A stretch of 30,155 bases of DNA, taken from the IMG/VR virus record IMGVR_UViG_3300033562_000743, positions 1-30,155 of that record, one strand, 5' to 3'. Of this stretch, positions 1-9,247 are shown piece by piece. Both the position numbers and the translations under genes were made by a program. Source of the DNA: a virus (Duplodnaviria; Caudoviricetes). A model generated the notes under the pieces. That model had not been told where the DNA came from, made no database searches, and was given only the letters and a program-made list of their open reading frames with translations. The first letter of the stretch is position 1. Every line of letters begins with the position of its first letter.

Positions 1-141
1 ATTAATTCAGCTAATGTTTCAGATGGCAAAATTAATTCAATATTCATATTATCCGTTATATGCTCTTATATATAGTATATATCTTTTATGTCACAATCAT
101 GGATTAATTATTTTTAATTTACTCGGACGTTCTGCACTGAA
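1..141. repeat. Terminal direct repeat, left copy (circular assembly overlap)
   Basis: 1-141 is identical to 30015-30155 and includes the 5' end of the 29474..30061 gene. Confidence 0.97.
64..83 (-). promoter_or_regulatory. Candidate promoter/regulatory motif upstream of the sigma-like gene
   Basis: Minus strand GATATATACTATATATAAGA ends 16 nt before the ATG (47 = 30061). A similar motif lies upstream of rusA at 9719-9739. Confidence 0.35.
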
Positions 142-145
142 GTCA

Positions 146-322
146 TTAGAAAAAGATCTCCCCAGATTTGGGGGAATCTATTCTCACAGTTATGGATTTA
201 CCATTACCATCACCTTCATGATCAAACATAGGAATTCCTTCGTTCTCATTTTCATCGTATTTCTTTGATGTGCGAGTTTTATCTGCCATCATTTTGTATT
301 TATTCATATTATTCATATCCAT
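146..322 (-). CDS. Small hypothetical protein, 58 aa (not in ORF track)
   Basis: Hand translation MDMNNMNKYKMMADKTRTSKKYDENENEGIPMFDHEGDGNGKSITVRIDSPKSGEIFF. The ATG is 1 nt after the endolysin stop and the ORF fills the gap on the coding strand. Confidence 0.6.
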   Translation of the reverse strand: MDMNNMNKYKMMADKTRTSKKYDENENEGIPMFDHEGDGNGKSITVRIDSPKSGEIFF

Positions 323-323
323 A

Positions 324-692
324 TTAGCACCTTTTTGATTTGATAAAGAAACCTGTACCGATCTCTTCTAATTTACCGTTTATATTTTCTTTTCCGATCT
401 GTATATGCAGGTGATCAGGTTCCTGTACTACGACAAAATCTTTACCAAGATATCTGGCAATTATCTTTCCCATAGTATTTATATCACATTTCCAATCTTT
501 TATTCTAACATCAACAGCCTTACCAACATAATGCTTGGAATTGGCTGAATGAACCCCGTCTAGACCTGCTGTAATTGTTGGTATACCTTTTGTTATATCA
601 TGAATTAAACTGGCTAGATCGAGCCACAATGACCCTAGAAACAGGGGATTAATTCCTGTCATAATTACATTCGATTTATAATTCCATTTCAT
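324..692 (-). CDS. Endolysin, Zn-dependent peptidase M15 family
   Basis: ITAGLDGVHSANSKHYVGKAVDVR (H-x6-D) and EPDHLHIQ (H-x-H) zinc ligand motifs. It lies at the end of the tail/lysis operon. Confidence 0.8.
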   Translation of the reverse strand: MKWNYKSNVIMTGINPLFLGSLWLDLASLIHDITKGIPTITAGLDGVHSANSKHYVGKAVDVRIKDWKCDINTMGKIIARYLGKDFVVVQEPDHLHIQIGKENINGKLEEIGTGFFIKSKRC

Positions 693-994
693 TTGATTAT
701 TCCACCTTGTAAATCTCTCATGTTACCATTATTATCGTATATAAATTTTCTTCCATCAGGTAAAATATATACTTTACCTTGGGTCTTTTGTTTCATTAAA
801 TCAAAATCTTTGTATAATTGATCAATTTCTGATTCATCACTTGATGGAAAAAGAGGAATGCCATCTTCATATATGTCATCTATCTTTCCACGAGATGTAG
901 ATTCATCTTTAGTTTCTTTTTTAGATTTGTTAGCACCGTGGAATATTGAATACTCAGGACGTGCTAAATCTGGTTCTCTGCTAAAATATTTCAT
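689..994 (-). CDS. Hypothetical protein, 101 aa
   Basis: ATGA overlaps with both neighbours indicate translational coupling. No recognisable motif. Confidence 0.75.
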   Translation of the reverse strand: MKYFSREPDLARPEYSIFHGANKSKKETKDESTSRGKIDDIYEDGIPLFPSSDESEIDQLYKDFDLMKQKTQGKVYILPDGRKFIYDNNGNMRDLQGGIIK

Positions 995-1455
995 TTATCC
1001 ACCAATACTAATTTTTCAAATAATATATTTATTGTGTATGGTTCTGGTAGTGTGTCATTCATATCATAATATCCACTATTACCAAATATTTGCACAGTAG
1101 CATATGCCATTGATGCTCTCAATGATCCCATCTCACCTGATTTATAAAAACCTTGATGCACAAATAGTTCATCGGCAAGATCTTTACTTACCCACCCACT
1201 GTAAGAACAATCATGACAGGCAACTACAGCTTGATATTTGTAATTTTTATCATTCCATTTACTTATAATTGGGTCTATAATGGATGAACCACTTCGTTTA
1301 TCAGTGATCCATCCTTGTTTTAAATCTAGTTTCCAAGTTCCATCACTGGTAATGAATTCAGCATGATATGGAGCAACCAATTTCCAATATTTATCAGAAG
1401 TCTGTATTAATTCCATATTCTTGTATGCTTTAATCTGTATTAAATCAACATCCAT
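991..1455 (-). CDS. DUF1353-like phage protein
   Basis: GWITDKRSG...AVVACHDCSY...ADELF...ATVQIFG matches the DUF1353 pattern GFxTDxAS...AxxHDxLY...ADxxF...AVRxFG. Confidence 0.7.
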   Translation of the reverse strand: MDVDLIQIKAYKNMELIQTSDKYWKLVAPYHAEFITSDGTWKLDLKQGWITDKRSGSSIIDPIISKWNDKNYKYQAVVACHDCSYSGWVSKDLADELFVHQGFYKSGEMGSLRASMAYATVQIFGNSGYYDMNDTLPEPYTINILFEKLVLVDK

Positions 1456-1754
1456 TATTTATCTCGTTGATTAAGTAAGTATGATTCAATACGAACAAGA
1501 CTTGACTTAATTTCTACTATATTTAAATCAGTATTATCCATGCGTGTCTCAACTTTAACAAGTCTCTGGTTATATTCACCTAATCTCTTTTCTATCTCTA
1601 TTGAGCATTGGTTCTCTAAAGTTTCTGGTTCGGTTATCTTATTATAACCAACAGTTCCACCCGCACCAACAACTAAGAAAGCCAATACTTTCAAGAACGC
1701 ACCGAATTTACTCAGTGTTGTATTTATACTTATTTCTGGTTTCTTACTTGTCAT
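1455..1754 (-). CDS. Putative holin or single-pass membrane protein with C-terminal coiled coil
   Basis: Hydrophobic segment FGAFLKVLAFLVVGAGGTVGY followed by heptad-like RLVKVETRMDNTDLNIVEIKSSLVRIE. It lies upstream of the endolysin. Confidence 0.5.
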   Translation of the reverse strand: MTSKKPEISINTTLSKFGAFLKVLAFLVVGAGGTVGYNKITEPETLENQCSIEIEKRLGEYNQRLVKVETRMDNTDLNIVEIKSSLVRIESYLLNQRDK

Positions 1755-1767
1755 AACTCCCTCTCAC

Positions 1768-2469
1768 TTAATTCCAAAACTCCTTAAAATCACTTGTTAT
1801 AATAGTTAAATCTAGTCCATGTGGTTCTCTGATAGTGTCAGTACCCTTATAACCCATTATTTTAGGCATCAGGATAAAGGAATTACCAAGAGCAACATTA
1901 CCTATAGATAACTCAGCTTCCATTTCCTTAGTTGAATATCCAATATCCATACCAAAACATCCACCATATATGCTTCCATGATATGGTAAAGTCTGGTTTT
2001 GTCTATTAGCTATATATAAACCATTATCCTCTACCCATGATGGTAAACCACTTGCATTAGTTGACTGTGATTTACTCTCAACTAATGCTCTATTTGTCCA
2101 ATCATACACGGTCAATGAAGCTGTAGTCCCATCCCATGAATAACCAATTAAAAATACATTATTTAATGTAGGAATAGCAGTAGTTTGTACATCTCTCTGT
2201 ATTGATCCACCAGCTTTATAAACACGAAGATTAACATAACCACCTGTTCTTACTGTCAATGTAATGCGTGAATTATTGTACATGGTGCGAAAAATACATG
2301 CATGATCCACAGCCTGTGCCGCTTGTGTCTTTTGTACAATTGTACAACCACTCCATTTACGTCCTATTATGTCAGGAGTAGGGAAGTTACGATACATGAT
2401 ACTTGTACCTGTTGTTCTCAACGGAGTATCATTTAGATACGTACTTATATTATTTTGTATATTAAACAT
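1768..2469 (-). CDS. Tail-associated protein, probable ConA/LamG-like beta-sandwich
   Basis: Beta-rich sequence. FLIGYSWDGTTASLTVYD and LYIANR...YHGSI resemble LamG-type motifs. It lies downstream of the tail fibre. Confidence 0.5.
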   Translation of the reverse strand: MFNIQNNISTYLNDTPLRTTGTSIMYRNFPTPDIIGRKWSGCTIVQKTQAAQAVDHACIFRTMYNNSRITLTVRTGGYVNLRVYKAGGSIQRDVQTTAIPTLNNVFLIGYSWDGTTASLTVYDWTNRALVESKSQSTNASGLPSWVEDNGLYIANRQNQTLPYHGSIYGGCFGMDIGYSTKEMEAELSIGNVALGNSFILMPKIMGYKGTDTIREPHGLDLTIITSDFKEFWN

Positions 2470-2478
2470 AATTACCCC

Positions 2479-2976
2479 TTATGATGCATCCGCAGTACGC
2501 ATCAACATACAATAAAATTCCTTAACACCTGCTGTAAGTAACTCGTCAGTATCTAGTAGTTCAAGCGCATTAGCAGCTTCCTTCAACATACCAATTAGTA
2601 AATATTGCATCACCAATGCTAGTTTATTGAAAACAGCAGGTGATGTATCAGCAGTTACACCAGCATTAGCTGCACTGAGTCTGAACTTACAAATAATTAT
2701 CTTACCTATATTGATGTTCCACATATAAGGACAATCTTCTTTGTAAATTTCTTGTATCAAGTTACTTACTTCAGTTGACCCGATGTTTTGTGGTATTTGG
2801 TTCATTGAATAATCATAAACTATAAATTTATTATCATTGATTGCATTAACTATATCATAGCTAAATTCACCAACAAATTTACGATTAAACCACACATGTT
2901 TAAGTGTGTCAATGGGAACACCACATAGTATATCGGATGTGGTATTTTTTAGAGCAATTATTCTCATATCATACAT
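2479..2976 (-). CDS. Hypothetical protein, possible tail fibre assembly factor
   Basis: 165-aa ORF with a GAGG RBS, directly after the tail fibre. Function is inferred from position only. Confidence 0.55.
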   Translation of the reverse strand: MYDMRIIALKNTTSDILCGVPIDTLKHVWFNRKFVGEFSYDIVNAINDNKFIVYDYSMNQIPQNIGSTEVSNLIQEIYKEDCPYMWNINIGKIIICKFRLSAANAGVTADTSPAVFNKLALVMQYLLIGMLKEAANALELLDTDELLTAGVKEFYCMLMRTADAS

Positions 2977-3027
2977 TTTTTACCTCTAATTTTGTATATT
3001 ACGTAAAGCTAAAAAGAACATAACACC

Positions 3028-6000
3028 TTAACTTTTATATCCGATTATCCAGAAGCGATCAGCACTTGATGATCCTCCGAATGTTGCTGGTGGTGTACTT
3101 ATATTTGCATCAAATTTTGCCAAAAATGGTTCGTTTGATACATAAGCAGAAGCAAATTTTAGTAGTTGCACACCATTGGATGAACCTACAACACCAAAGT
3201 AATATCGTTGATTCTTACTGAGTGAGCATGTACTTTGCAGATTAGCAACAGTTACACCATAACTTGATGGAGTAAATGCAACAGTCTGACATAATAAATT
3301 ATATGATGAGTCATATACTGCTAAATAAAGTGATGCACCACCTGTTTGAGTGACATAGCAAGCCATTCTATCCATAGTGGTATTATATGGCACATATACC
3401 GCAGTGATGTGTCCAAAAGCACTATCAAATGAACCACCTGCACTATCAGCCATAGCAATTGGGAATGTCTGCAATGAGTCCTGTGGTGGATTAACTGTAA
3501 GAGTAACTGTATCATCATCAGTTGAGATACTCATACCAGCACCAGCAGTCAATTTATCATATAAATATTCTGCTGTAGGGTCGGAAGCTGTTACTTTTAC
3601 CTTACCATCAGAACCACCACCACTTTGTGGGGCATTCTGCCAGTTTGATCCGTTCCAAGTTATAACATCGTTAAGTTGTAAATCATTTATACCAATATCA
3701 CCTGCACCTGAGATGGTTGTATATTGGTTCTCCCAGTTACCTGAAACAGCATCATAAGTTAATACCTGACCAGTCTGAGCACTATCAATATCAACATCAG
3801 GGATTGAATCAAGAGAACTTACAGTACCTGCTGGGCCTTGGATACCAATTGGTCGTTTCAGTTCATAGAAATATATCTGTGGGTATACGATGGCAAGTGA
3901 GTTATTGTACCCACTACCAAAGGCATTGTGCTGTAGTACGATACGAGCTTGCTTATGAGCACCGCTGAACTGATTGTCCTTCATGTCCACTACCATATCA
4001 AAAGCGATTGGTTTACCGTAGCCAGACCATGAACTTGTAGCATGCATGTAGAACCACTTGGATGCATCACTACCCATAGATGCCCAAGTAACACCATCAT
4101 AACTTGTTTCGACTTTTACACCAAGGGAAACATCAACGTTTAGTGAAGTTGATGAGGTTGGTTGTAACCATCCCTTAAATGACATTACATAATAACCATC
4201 TTTCTCTGGAGCAAAAACACCAGTTGTAGTGCTGAATTTGCTGTAATTATCGATACGAGCAACAGGTAAAGATACATCAGTTGACTTACCTGCAATTTTT
4301 AATACGGCAGATCCGCTATTATTAGTAGCAAAAGTAACCAATGAAGTGTTACCATATTCAGCAATGATTGGGTAATCATCATCCAAATTAGCAAACACTG
4401 CATTAATTTCCAATGTTTTATTTGTACCACTATCAATTACATCAATTGATATATTATCACCAGCAACAATTTTGTCAGCTAGATATCCATGTGATTCGTA
4501 TGCAATATCATCAACATCATCAATTGCTACTTTACCAGAACCACGAACTAGGGTTTTGAAATGACCACCACCACCACCAATTGTAGCAACGGTTACAGCA
4601 CCACTAGCATCAATTTTATCAGCTAGATACCCTTTTGTATCAGACGCTACAACTTTTACCTGACTATCACCAGCAGTTGTCAATGCAGTTTCTAAACCAC
4701 TTACATCACTGATCTCAATAGCATCGCTTTCGCCTTTATAGTGACCATAAGTATCAAACTTTGGTAAGCCAGTTGCTGTCTGAGTGACAACAGTACCACT
4801 TGATACGCTATCATTATGATCAAACTGAATCTTAGTACCATCCCACTGTGGAATGATTAGCGGAGTAGACTCAAAGTATATCTGGTTACTTAAATCACCT
4901 ATTGTACTTGAATATCCATCAATTGATATTGTGAAAGTTGGTTGACCATCAATTGTAATAAAGTCACCACCAGCATCCACAGTTCTTGTAAAAGTTATGC
5001 CATCACCTGCAACTAATTTGCTAAGTAAGAAACCAGTAGTTGAATCATCATTATCCAACTTAACCATCTGGTCACCCAATTGGTCGATGCTGAACATGAT
5101 TACCCAACCAGTACCGTCAGTGTAAGGATTGGTTGCGGTAGTTGTTGTCGCTACATAATAACGGTTTATGACAGGGCTTACCGAGTCATCATAGTACCAA
5201 ACACCGTCACCTTCAACGTAAGTTGTTCCAGATACCCATTCACCTTTAGGTGTAAAACCAGAGCCACCAATACCTGCACCAGATAATATAATTTTATTGA
5301 AGTCAGCACTTACAGATACAGTGATGCCACTTGTACCCTCAATAATGGTATTTAAAAAGTCTTTAACTGTTGAGTATTGACTTGCTTGGGTTGTATATGT
5401 TTCAGGTGCTGAATTTGTTATAGTTAATGTACTTGTGGAAACAGGCTGTCCTATTGTGATTCCTTCACCTGCATCTAGTTTAGCCCCTAAATAACCAAGA
5501 CTATCATTAGCATCAATCTTAATTTGACCGATACCTGCTGGTATTATATCACCTGCATCAATAAATGTAGATGGGTCATTAGATAAATTATATAATACTT
5601 TACCAGTGTTGCTTGATTCGTCCACACGGATAGATACTAGACTTACACCGTCAGTACCATCAGTTCCGTCAACGCCATTGGTTCCATCAACACCATCTTG
5701 ACCAGCAGATCCAGTGTCACCTTTATCACCCTTGTCACCTTTTACACCCTGAATACCTTGTGGGCCAGGGACGCTTGTCCCACCACCAACAATAGTAACA
5801 TTCTGTCTCGTTAATTTTGGAGCACCTAAGAAGTCAACTGCTTTTATATCATATAGAGTTGAATCATCTACAGTAAATGCCTGTGTATATCCTCTTGAAT
5901 CAATATCAACAGGGTTTGTAATCTCATCACCCGAAACTGGGTCATATATTTCAGCTAAAGTAGTACCACCAGCAAGATAAATAAATACCTTTCCGTTTTT

Positions 6001-6045
6001 GCAGTCTTCATGTAACTGAACAATTTGTAAATATCCTCTTGACAT
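3028..6045 (-). CDS. Tail fibre / receptor-binding protein with collagen-like and repeated shaft motifs
   Basis: Features include an N-terminal virion-attachment-like domain (GKVFIYLAGGTTLAEIY...NPVDID), a GXY collagen run, about 6 copies of a GYLxxKLxAGxGI-like motif, a CBM-like WVSGTTYVEGDGV segment and GQVLTYD..GNW repeats. Confidence 0.85.
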   Translation of the reverse strand: MSRGYLQIVQLHEDCKNGKVFIYLAGGTTLAEIYDPVSGDEITNPVDIDSRGYTQAFTVDDSTLYDIKAVDFLGAPKLTRQNVTIVGGGTSVPGPQGIQGVKGDKGDKGDTGSAGQDGVDGTNGVDGTDGTDGVSLVSIRVDESSNTGKVLYNLSNDPSTFIDAGDIIPAGIGQIKIDANDSLGYLGAKLDAGEGITIGQPVSTSTLTITNSAPETYTTQASQYSTVKDFLNTIIEGTSGITVSVSADFNKIILSGAGIGGSGFTPKGEWVSGTTYVEGDGVWYYDDSVSPVINRYYVATTTTATNPYTDGTGWVIMFSIDQLGDQMVKLDNDDSTTGFLLSKLVAGDGITFTRTVDAGGDFITIDGQPTFTISIDGYSSTIGDLSNQIYFESTPLIIPQWDGTKIQFDHNDSVSSGTVVTQTATGLPKFDTYGHYKGESDAIEISDVSGLETALTTAGDSQVKVVASDTKGYLADKIDASGAVTVATIGGGGGHFKTLVRGSGKVAIDDVDDIAYESHGYLADKIVAGDNISIDVIDSGTNKTLEINAVFANLDDDYPIIAEYGNTSLVTFATNNSGSAVLKIAGKSTDVSLPVARIDNYSKFSTTTGVFAPEKDGYYVMSFKGWLQPTSSTSLNVDVSLGVKVETSYDGVTWASMGSDASKWFYMHATSSWSGYGKPIAFDMVVDMKDNQFSGAHKQARIVLQHNAFGSGYNNSLAIVYPQIYFYELKRPIGIQGPAGTVSSLDSIPDVDIDSAQTGQVLTYDAVSGNWENQYTTISGAGDIGINDLQLNDVITWNGSNWQNAPQSGGGSDGKVKVTASDPTAEYLYDKLTAGAGMSISTDDDTVTLTVNPPQDSLQTFPIAMADSAGGSFDSAFGHITAVYVPYNTTMDRMACYVTQTGGASLYLAVYDSSYNLLCQTVAFTPSSYGVTVANLQSTCSLSKNQRYYFGVVGSSNGVQLLKFASAYVSNEPFLAKFDANISTPPATFGGSSSADRFWIIGYKS

Positions 6046-6054
6046 TTTGCCTCT

Positions 6055-8463
6055 TTATGGGTAAATCTTAAAATTAACGAAGTAATGTTGTGAATCAACA
6101 GTACCGGGGTTTGCATAGGCTGCTGTAGTATTACTATAGAAAGTTGCACCAGCACCAACATAGAATCTCATATACATATATGTACCAGTAATTTGAGCAC
6201 TAGGCTCAATATGATACAATGGATAAGGTTTGTATACGTTTGCTGGGAAAAAGTTGTATTGATTAAATGGGCTTGGTAGATCAGCAGCTTTATCAGCAGA
6301 CACATAATGTATCTGTAAAGGAGTGGTTGTTGTACCAGCATTGAATTGGAATATGTTTGTGCTATCCAAACCAATCACCCAACCAGCCAATGTACTATTA
6401 CTATTAAGCTGATTATATTTGTATTTTAGTAATGTGAACAAACCACCTTCGGTTTTCTTGGTGTTCGGTCCTTCATTATCACATATTTGTATATTATAGT
6501 GACCATTTATCTGCCACTTCTTAGTTGTTCCATTAACGGGAACGATATTATTAGGTAAGTACACTACATTTTTAATAGCAATATTATATCCTAATGCCTC
6601 GCCTTCAACGCTCATTTGGGTTGAGTCAAAGCTGATACCTACTGCACTACCACCAAACCACGATGCATTTGCAAACTGTTTGCTACTGTTAGGTATAAAT
6701 GTTGCATTGTTACAAAATACATCACGAAGTCTGAATGAACCACCAATACTCTGTATGTTTCCACCAGATATTGTTACTTCAGTCCAAACAGCATTACTAC
6801 AATTAACTGTTGAAGTTGTTGTAATTGTTGTGTTTCTTATTTTAGAAGAAGTTAAATTAGGTAGTGATCCATTTATATATGACTCGTGGACATCAATATC
6901 GGTTGAATCTATGTTACCATTTACAGTAACATTATCAAGTGTTATATTACCAGCACTTACAGCACCAATGGTTCCGTTATATATTATACCAGCACGAGTA
7001 ATAGTTTCTGTAGATACTGCTCTACCCATATCCAATATGCCAGTTGCACTAGTAGAATAATTCCATGTGTTAACTAAACCATTAGCAGAAGCAAAGTAAT
7101 CCTGGCTGATTGTGTGATAACCAACATCTAAACCATATCCAGTAAGGATGAAGTTTGGTTTACCACCATATCCACCACGCATTTTACATGTTCCATCAGG
7201 TGTGTTTAAGGTTCCTAAACCACTTGCTTCCACATATGCAGTAATATCCGCACCAGAATGTAAAGTAATAGCACAATCAAGATGAATTATATCACTTGTG
7301 TTTACCATTGCATAACTTACACGAGCACTAACATATTTTGTTCTCAATTCTCTGAAGAACCAAGTTGCATCGGTCTGATTAAAGCTGATTAAACCATCAC
7401 CTTCCAAATGATCAACATATGCAGTAACACCTGTATTAATATATTGATTTGAGGTATATCCTTTGATTACACTTACTGCACTAAGGGTACAGTTCTGTTC
7501 CCATGTATATACCTGACTATTGGTATTAAACCATAGATGATAATTGGCACTTCCATGTGAGTAACCACGGCAATTTGTATTATTAAATGCAGTTATAGGA
7601 ACAATTGTATTCTCCCAACCTGCACCATTTATAGTTAATTTTACACTTACACCAGCTAAAGTTGTACGTATTATTGTATTTGGGTTGTATAAGTTCCATT
7701 TGTACCAGTTACTTTCATCTGGATCAAGGACAATACCACGATTAAATTTTACATCTTCATCAACTTCCAATGCAGCGTAGCAATCAAAAGTACCACCAGC
7801 AGCATAATTATATGTACCTTTCGGTATATATAACAGTTTATCATTGTCACTTGCCCATCCTTGTGCAGCACGAATCTGCGAGTTAATATCACCAATACCA
7901 GCAATAACACCAAATGCACGACAATCCAAACGATTATCATCAATCTTTAGTACCCATCTTCCAATAGGATTAACACCACTTTGGATGATAGTTCCACCAT
8001 TATCTATCTGTGCATTGTTCTCTTCAAATATATATTCACGAACATAACAATCATTAATCGTGTAGTAACCTTTGACAGCAACTAATGCGCCATCAACAGG
8101 TTCCAAGGCTCTCAAATCTTCTATGGTATCAACAACCGAGTAAACGCTTGTATCACCTCCAGTGCCACTAGTTGAGGCAAACTGGTCATATACCATCACA
8201 TCATTATACATAGGTTGGTTAAATTCATCAATACCAACATATTCCTGTACATGGACAGTTACAGATTCGGAACAAAATGGTTGATCCGACCACCACGCTG
8301 CGCTACTTAATTCCAATGGATTTAGTAATGGTGTCTGATATAGTGGGTCAGCAAAAATGTCAGCTAAGTCAGTTGTTGCATATTTATAGAAAACTAGACG
8401 ACCACCGACTAGTCTCTCTCCGTAAACATCCACAAATTGTGGTTTTCCATTAAATATTTGCAT
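6055..8463 (-). CDS. Tailspike-like protein (head-binding N-domain plus probable beta-helix); start reassigned to 8463
   Basis: N-terminal PQFVDVYGERLVGGRLVFY...NPLEL and tailspike neck motifs VKGYY...DNGGTII...GRW...FG...LYIPKGTY, followed by an Asn/Thr-rich body. The upstream ATG at 8496 lies inside the promoter-proximal hairpin. Confidence 0.8.
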   Translation of the reverse strand: MQIFNGKPQFVDVYGERLVGGRLVFYKYATTDLADIFADPLYQTPLLNPLELSSAAWWSDQPFCSESVTVHVQEYVGIDEFNQPMYNDVMVYDQFASTSGTGGDTSVYSVVDTIEDLRALEPVDGALVAVKGYYTINDCYVREYIFEENNAQIDNGGTIIQSGVNPIGRWVLKIDDNRLDCRAFGVIAGIGDINSQIRAAQGWASDNDKLLYIPKGTYNYAAGGTFDCYAALEVDEDVKFNRGIVLDPDESNWYKWNLYNPNTIIRTTLAGVSVKLTINGAGWENTIVPITAFNNTNCRGYSHGSANYHLWFNTNSQVYTWEQNCTLSAVSVIKGYTSNQYINTGVTAYVDHLEGDGLISFNQTDATWFFRELRTKYVSARVSYAMVNTSDIIHLDCAITLHSGADITAYVEASGLGTLNTPDGTCKMRGGYGGKPNFILTGYGLDVGYHTISQDYFASANGLVNTWNYSTSATGILDMGRAVSTETITRAGIIYNGTIGAVSAGNITLDNVTVNGNIDSTDIDVHESYINGSLPNLTSSKIRNTTITTTSTVNCSNAVWTEVTISGGNIQSIGGSFRLRDVFCNNATFIPNSSKQFANASWFGGSAVGISFDSTQMSVEGEALGYNIAIKNVVYLPNNIVPVNGTTKKWQINGHYNIQICDNEGPNTKKTEGGLFTLLKYKYNQLNSNSTLAGWVIGLDSTNIFQFNAGTTTTPLQIHYVSADKAADLPSPFNQYNFFPANVYKPYPLYHIEPSAQITGTYMYMRFYVGAGATFYSNTTAAYANPGTVDSQHYFVNFKIYP

Positions 8464-8500
8464 TTCTGACCTTAAAAAGTTGTTGGGACATAGCATCCCT

Positions 8501-8516
8501 TATTAAATCATAATGT
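8501..8516 (-). promoter_or_regulatory. Putative late promoter, copy 1 (ACATTATGATTTAATA)
   Basis: 16 bp identical to 23941-23956 and 26253-26268. It is intergenic, upstream of the tailspike and right after a terminator. Confidence 0.75.
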
Positions 8517-8524
8517 TGGACTAC

Positions 8525-8557
8525 AAAAAAAGAGAGGTGATCCTTACGAACCAACTC
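8525..8557 (-). terminator. Intrinsic terminator
   Basis: Minus strand GAG-T-TGGTTC-GTAA-GGATCA-C-CTC-TC-T7, a GNRA-loop hairpin with U tract at the 8556 stop. Confidence 0.8.
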
Positions 8558-8933
8558 AGTCAGCTTGTTCTAACCAGTTAATTAAAGTCTCATCATACTC
8601 TACAAATTCCATCTCACCTGCATCAATCTTATCATTAAGTATATCACAGTCTTTCTCAGATAATGGTGTTACACAGAAAAGATTAACTGATACTATGAAC
8701 TCACCAAACTCATTGTCTAATACGATCAGGTCGCCTTCATCCTGTACACACAGACCAAATGCTACCATTCCACCCTGTTCATCATGAGCTATCCAATGCT
8801 TGTTAAGATAGTGACCTACCTTTGGTACATTGAAGTTACCTACCTTTGGTACATTGAAGTTACGAATTATATTTTCGAAGAAAAGGTTGATGCCTGTATC
8901 TAGCAAGTAGTGATGTAAAACTGTTTTAAGCAT
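8556..8933 (-). CDS. Hypothetical early protein, about 125 aa (start probably 8933)
   Basis: The ATG at 8933 overlaps the stop region of the upstream 61-aa ORF. It has an acidic C-terminus and contains NFNVPKVG twice. Confidence 0.7.
   Translation of the reverse strand: MLKTVLHHYLLDTGINLFFENIIRNFNVPKVGNFNVPKVGHYLNKHWIAHDEQGGMVAFGLCVQDEGDLIVLDNEFGEFIVSVNLFCVTPLSEKDCDILNDKIDAGEMEFVEYDETLINWLEQAD
8814..8863. repeat. Perfect 24-bp tandem duplication
   Basis: ACCTACCTTTGGTACATTGAAGTT occurs twice, followed by AC. Confidence 0.95.
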
Positions 8934-9111
8934 GTAGCTTTTCGGTGATGCGGTCAACATGTTCATCAACATGTTCACCTAGTCTTTGTAACTTGTTATC
9001 CAGTAATTCTATCTTGGTAAGTAGCACATCCCAAGTCATATCGAATGGTTCATGCTCACCCATCATATCAGTCACTGTATCTATAGTACCTTTAAATTCG
9101 TTCCAGTCCAT
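8926..9111 (-). CDS. Small acidic hypothetical protein, 61 aa
   Basis: AGGAG RBS and a sigma70-type promoter upstream. Contains a 12-bp duplication (8954-8977, EHVD twice). Confidence 0.75.
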   Translation of the reverse strand: MDWNEFKGTIDTVTDMMGEHEPFDMTWDVLLTKIELLDNKLQRLGEHVDEHVDRITEKLHA

Positions 9112-9132
9112 AATTATCTCCTATATACATAT

Positions 9133-9161
9133 AATATAAATTGAAAATTGCTATTTGATAA
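9133..9161 (-). promoter_or_regulatory. Sigma70-type promoter
   Basis: TTATCA-N17-TATATT on the minus strand upstream of the 9111 start. Confidence 0.6.
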
Positions 9162-9179
9162 TTTATTTTGTTATAAAAC

Positions 9180-9212
9180 GAAAAAAGCGCAAGTGGCTAT
9201 CCACAGTACGCT
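9180..9212 (-). terminator. Intrinsic terminator after rusA
   Basis: Minus strand AGCGTACTGTGGATAGCCACTTGCGC followed by a T run; the hairpin is imperfect. Confidence 0.65.
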
Positions 9213-9247
9213 CATTATGTTATAAATCATCTAGGTCAAATTCTTTT

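Noticed and set aside
3028-8463. Diversity-generating retroelement or invertible tail-fibre cassette
   Set aside because: I saw no reverse transcriptase, no invertase and no adenine-variant template/variable repeat pair.
8501-8530. 16-bp motif as an Xer/dif or other recombination site
   Set aside because: It resembles one dif half-site, but there is no second inverted arm and no recombinase gene. All copies sit co-oriented ahead of late genes, as promoters would.
9198-9225. dif-like site (TTATGTTATAA) and DnaA-box-like CTATCCACA
   Set aside because: Only one arm matches, and the box is single, mismatched and part of the rusA terminator hairpin.
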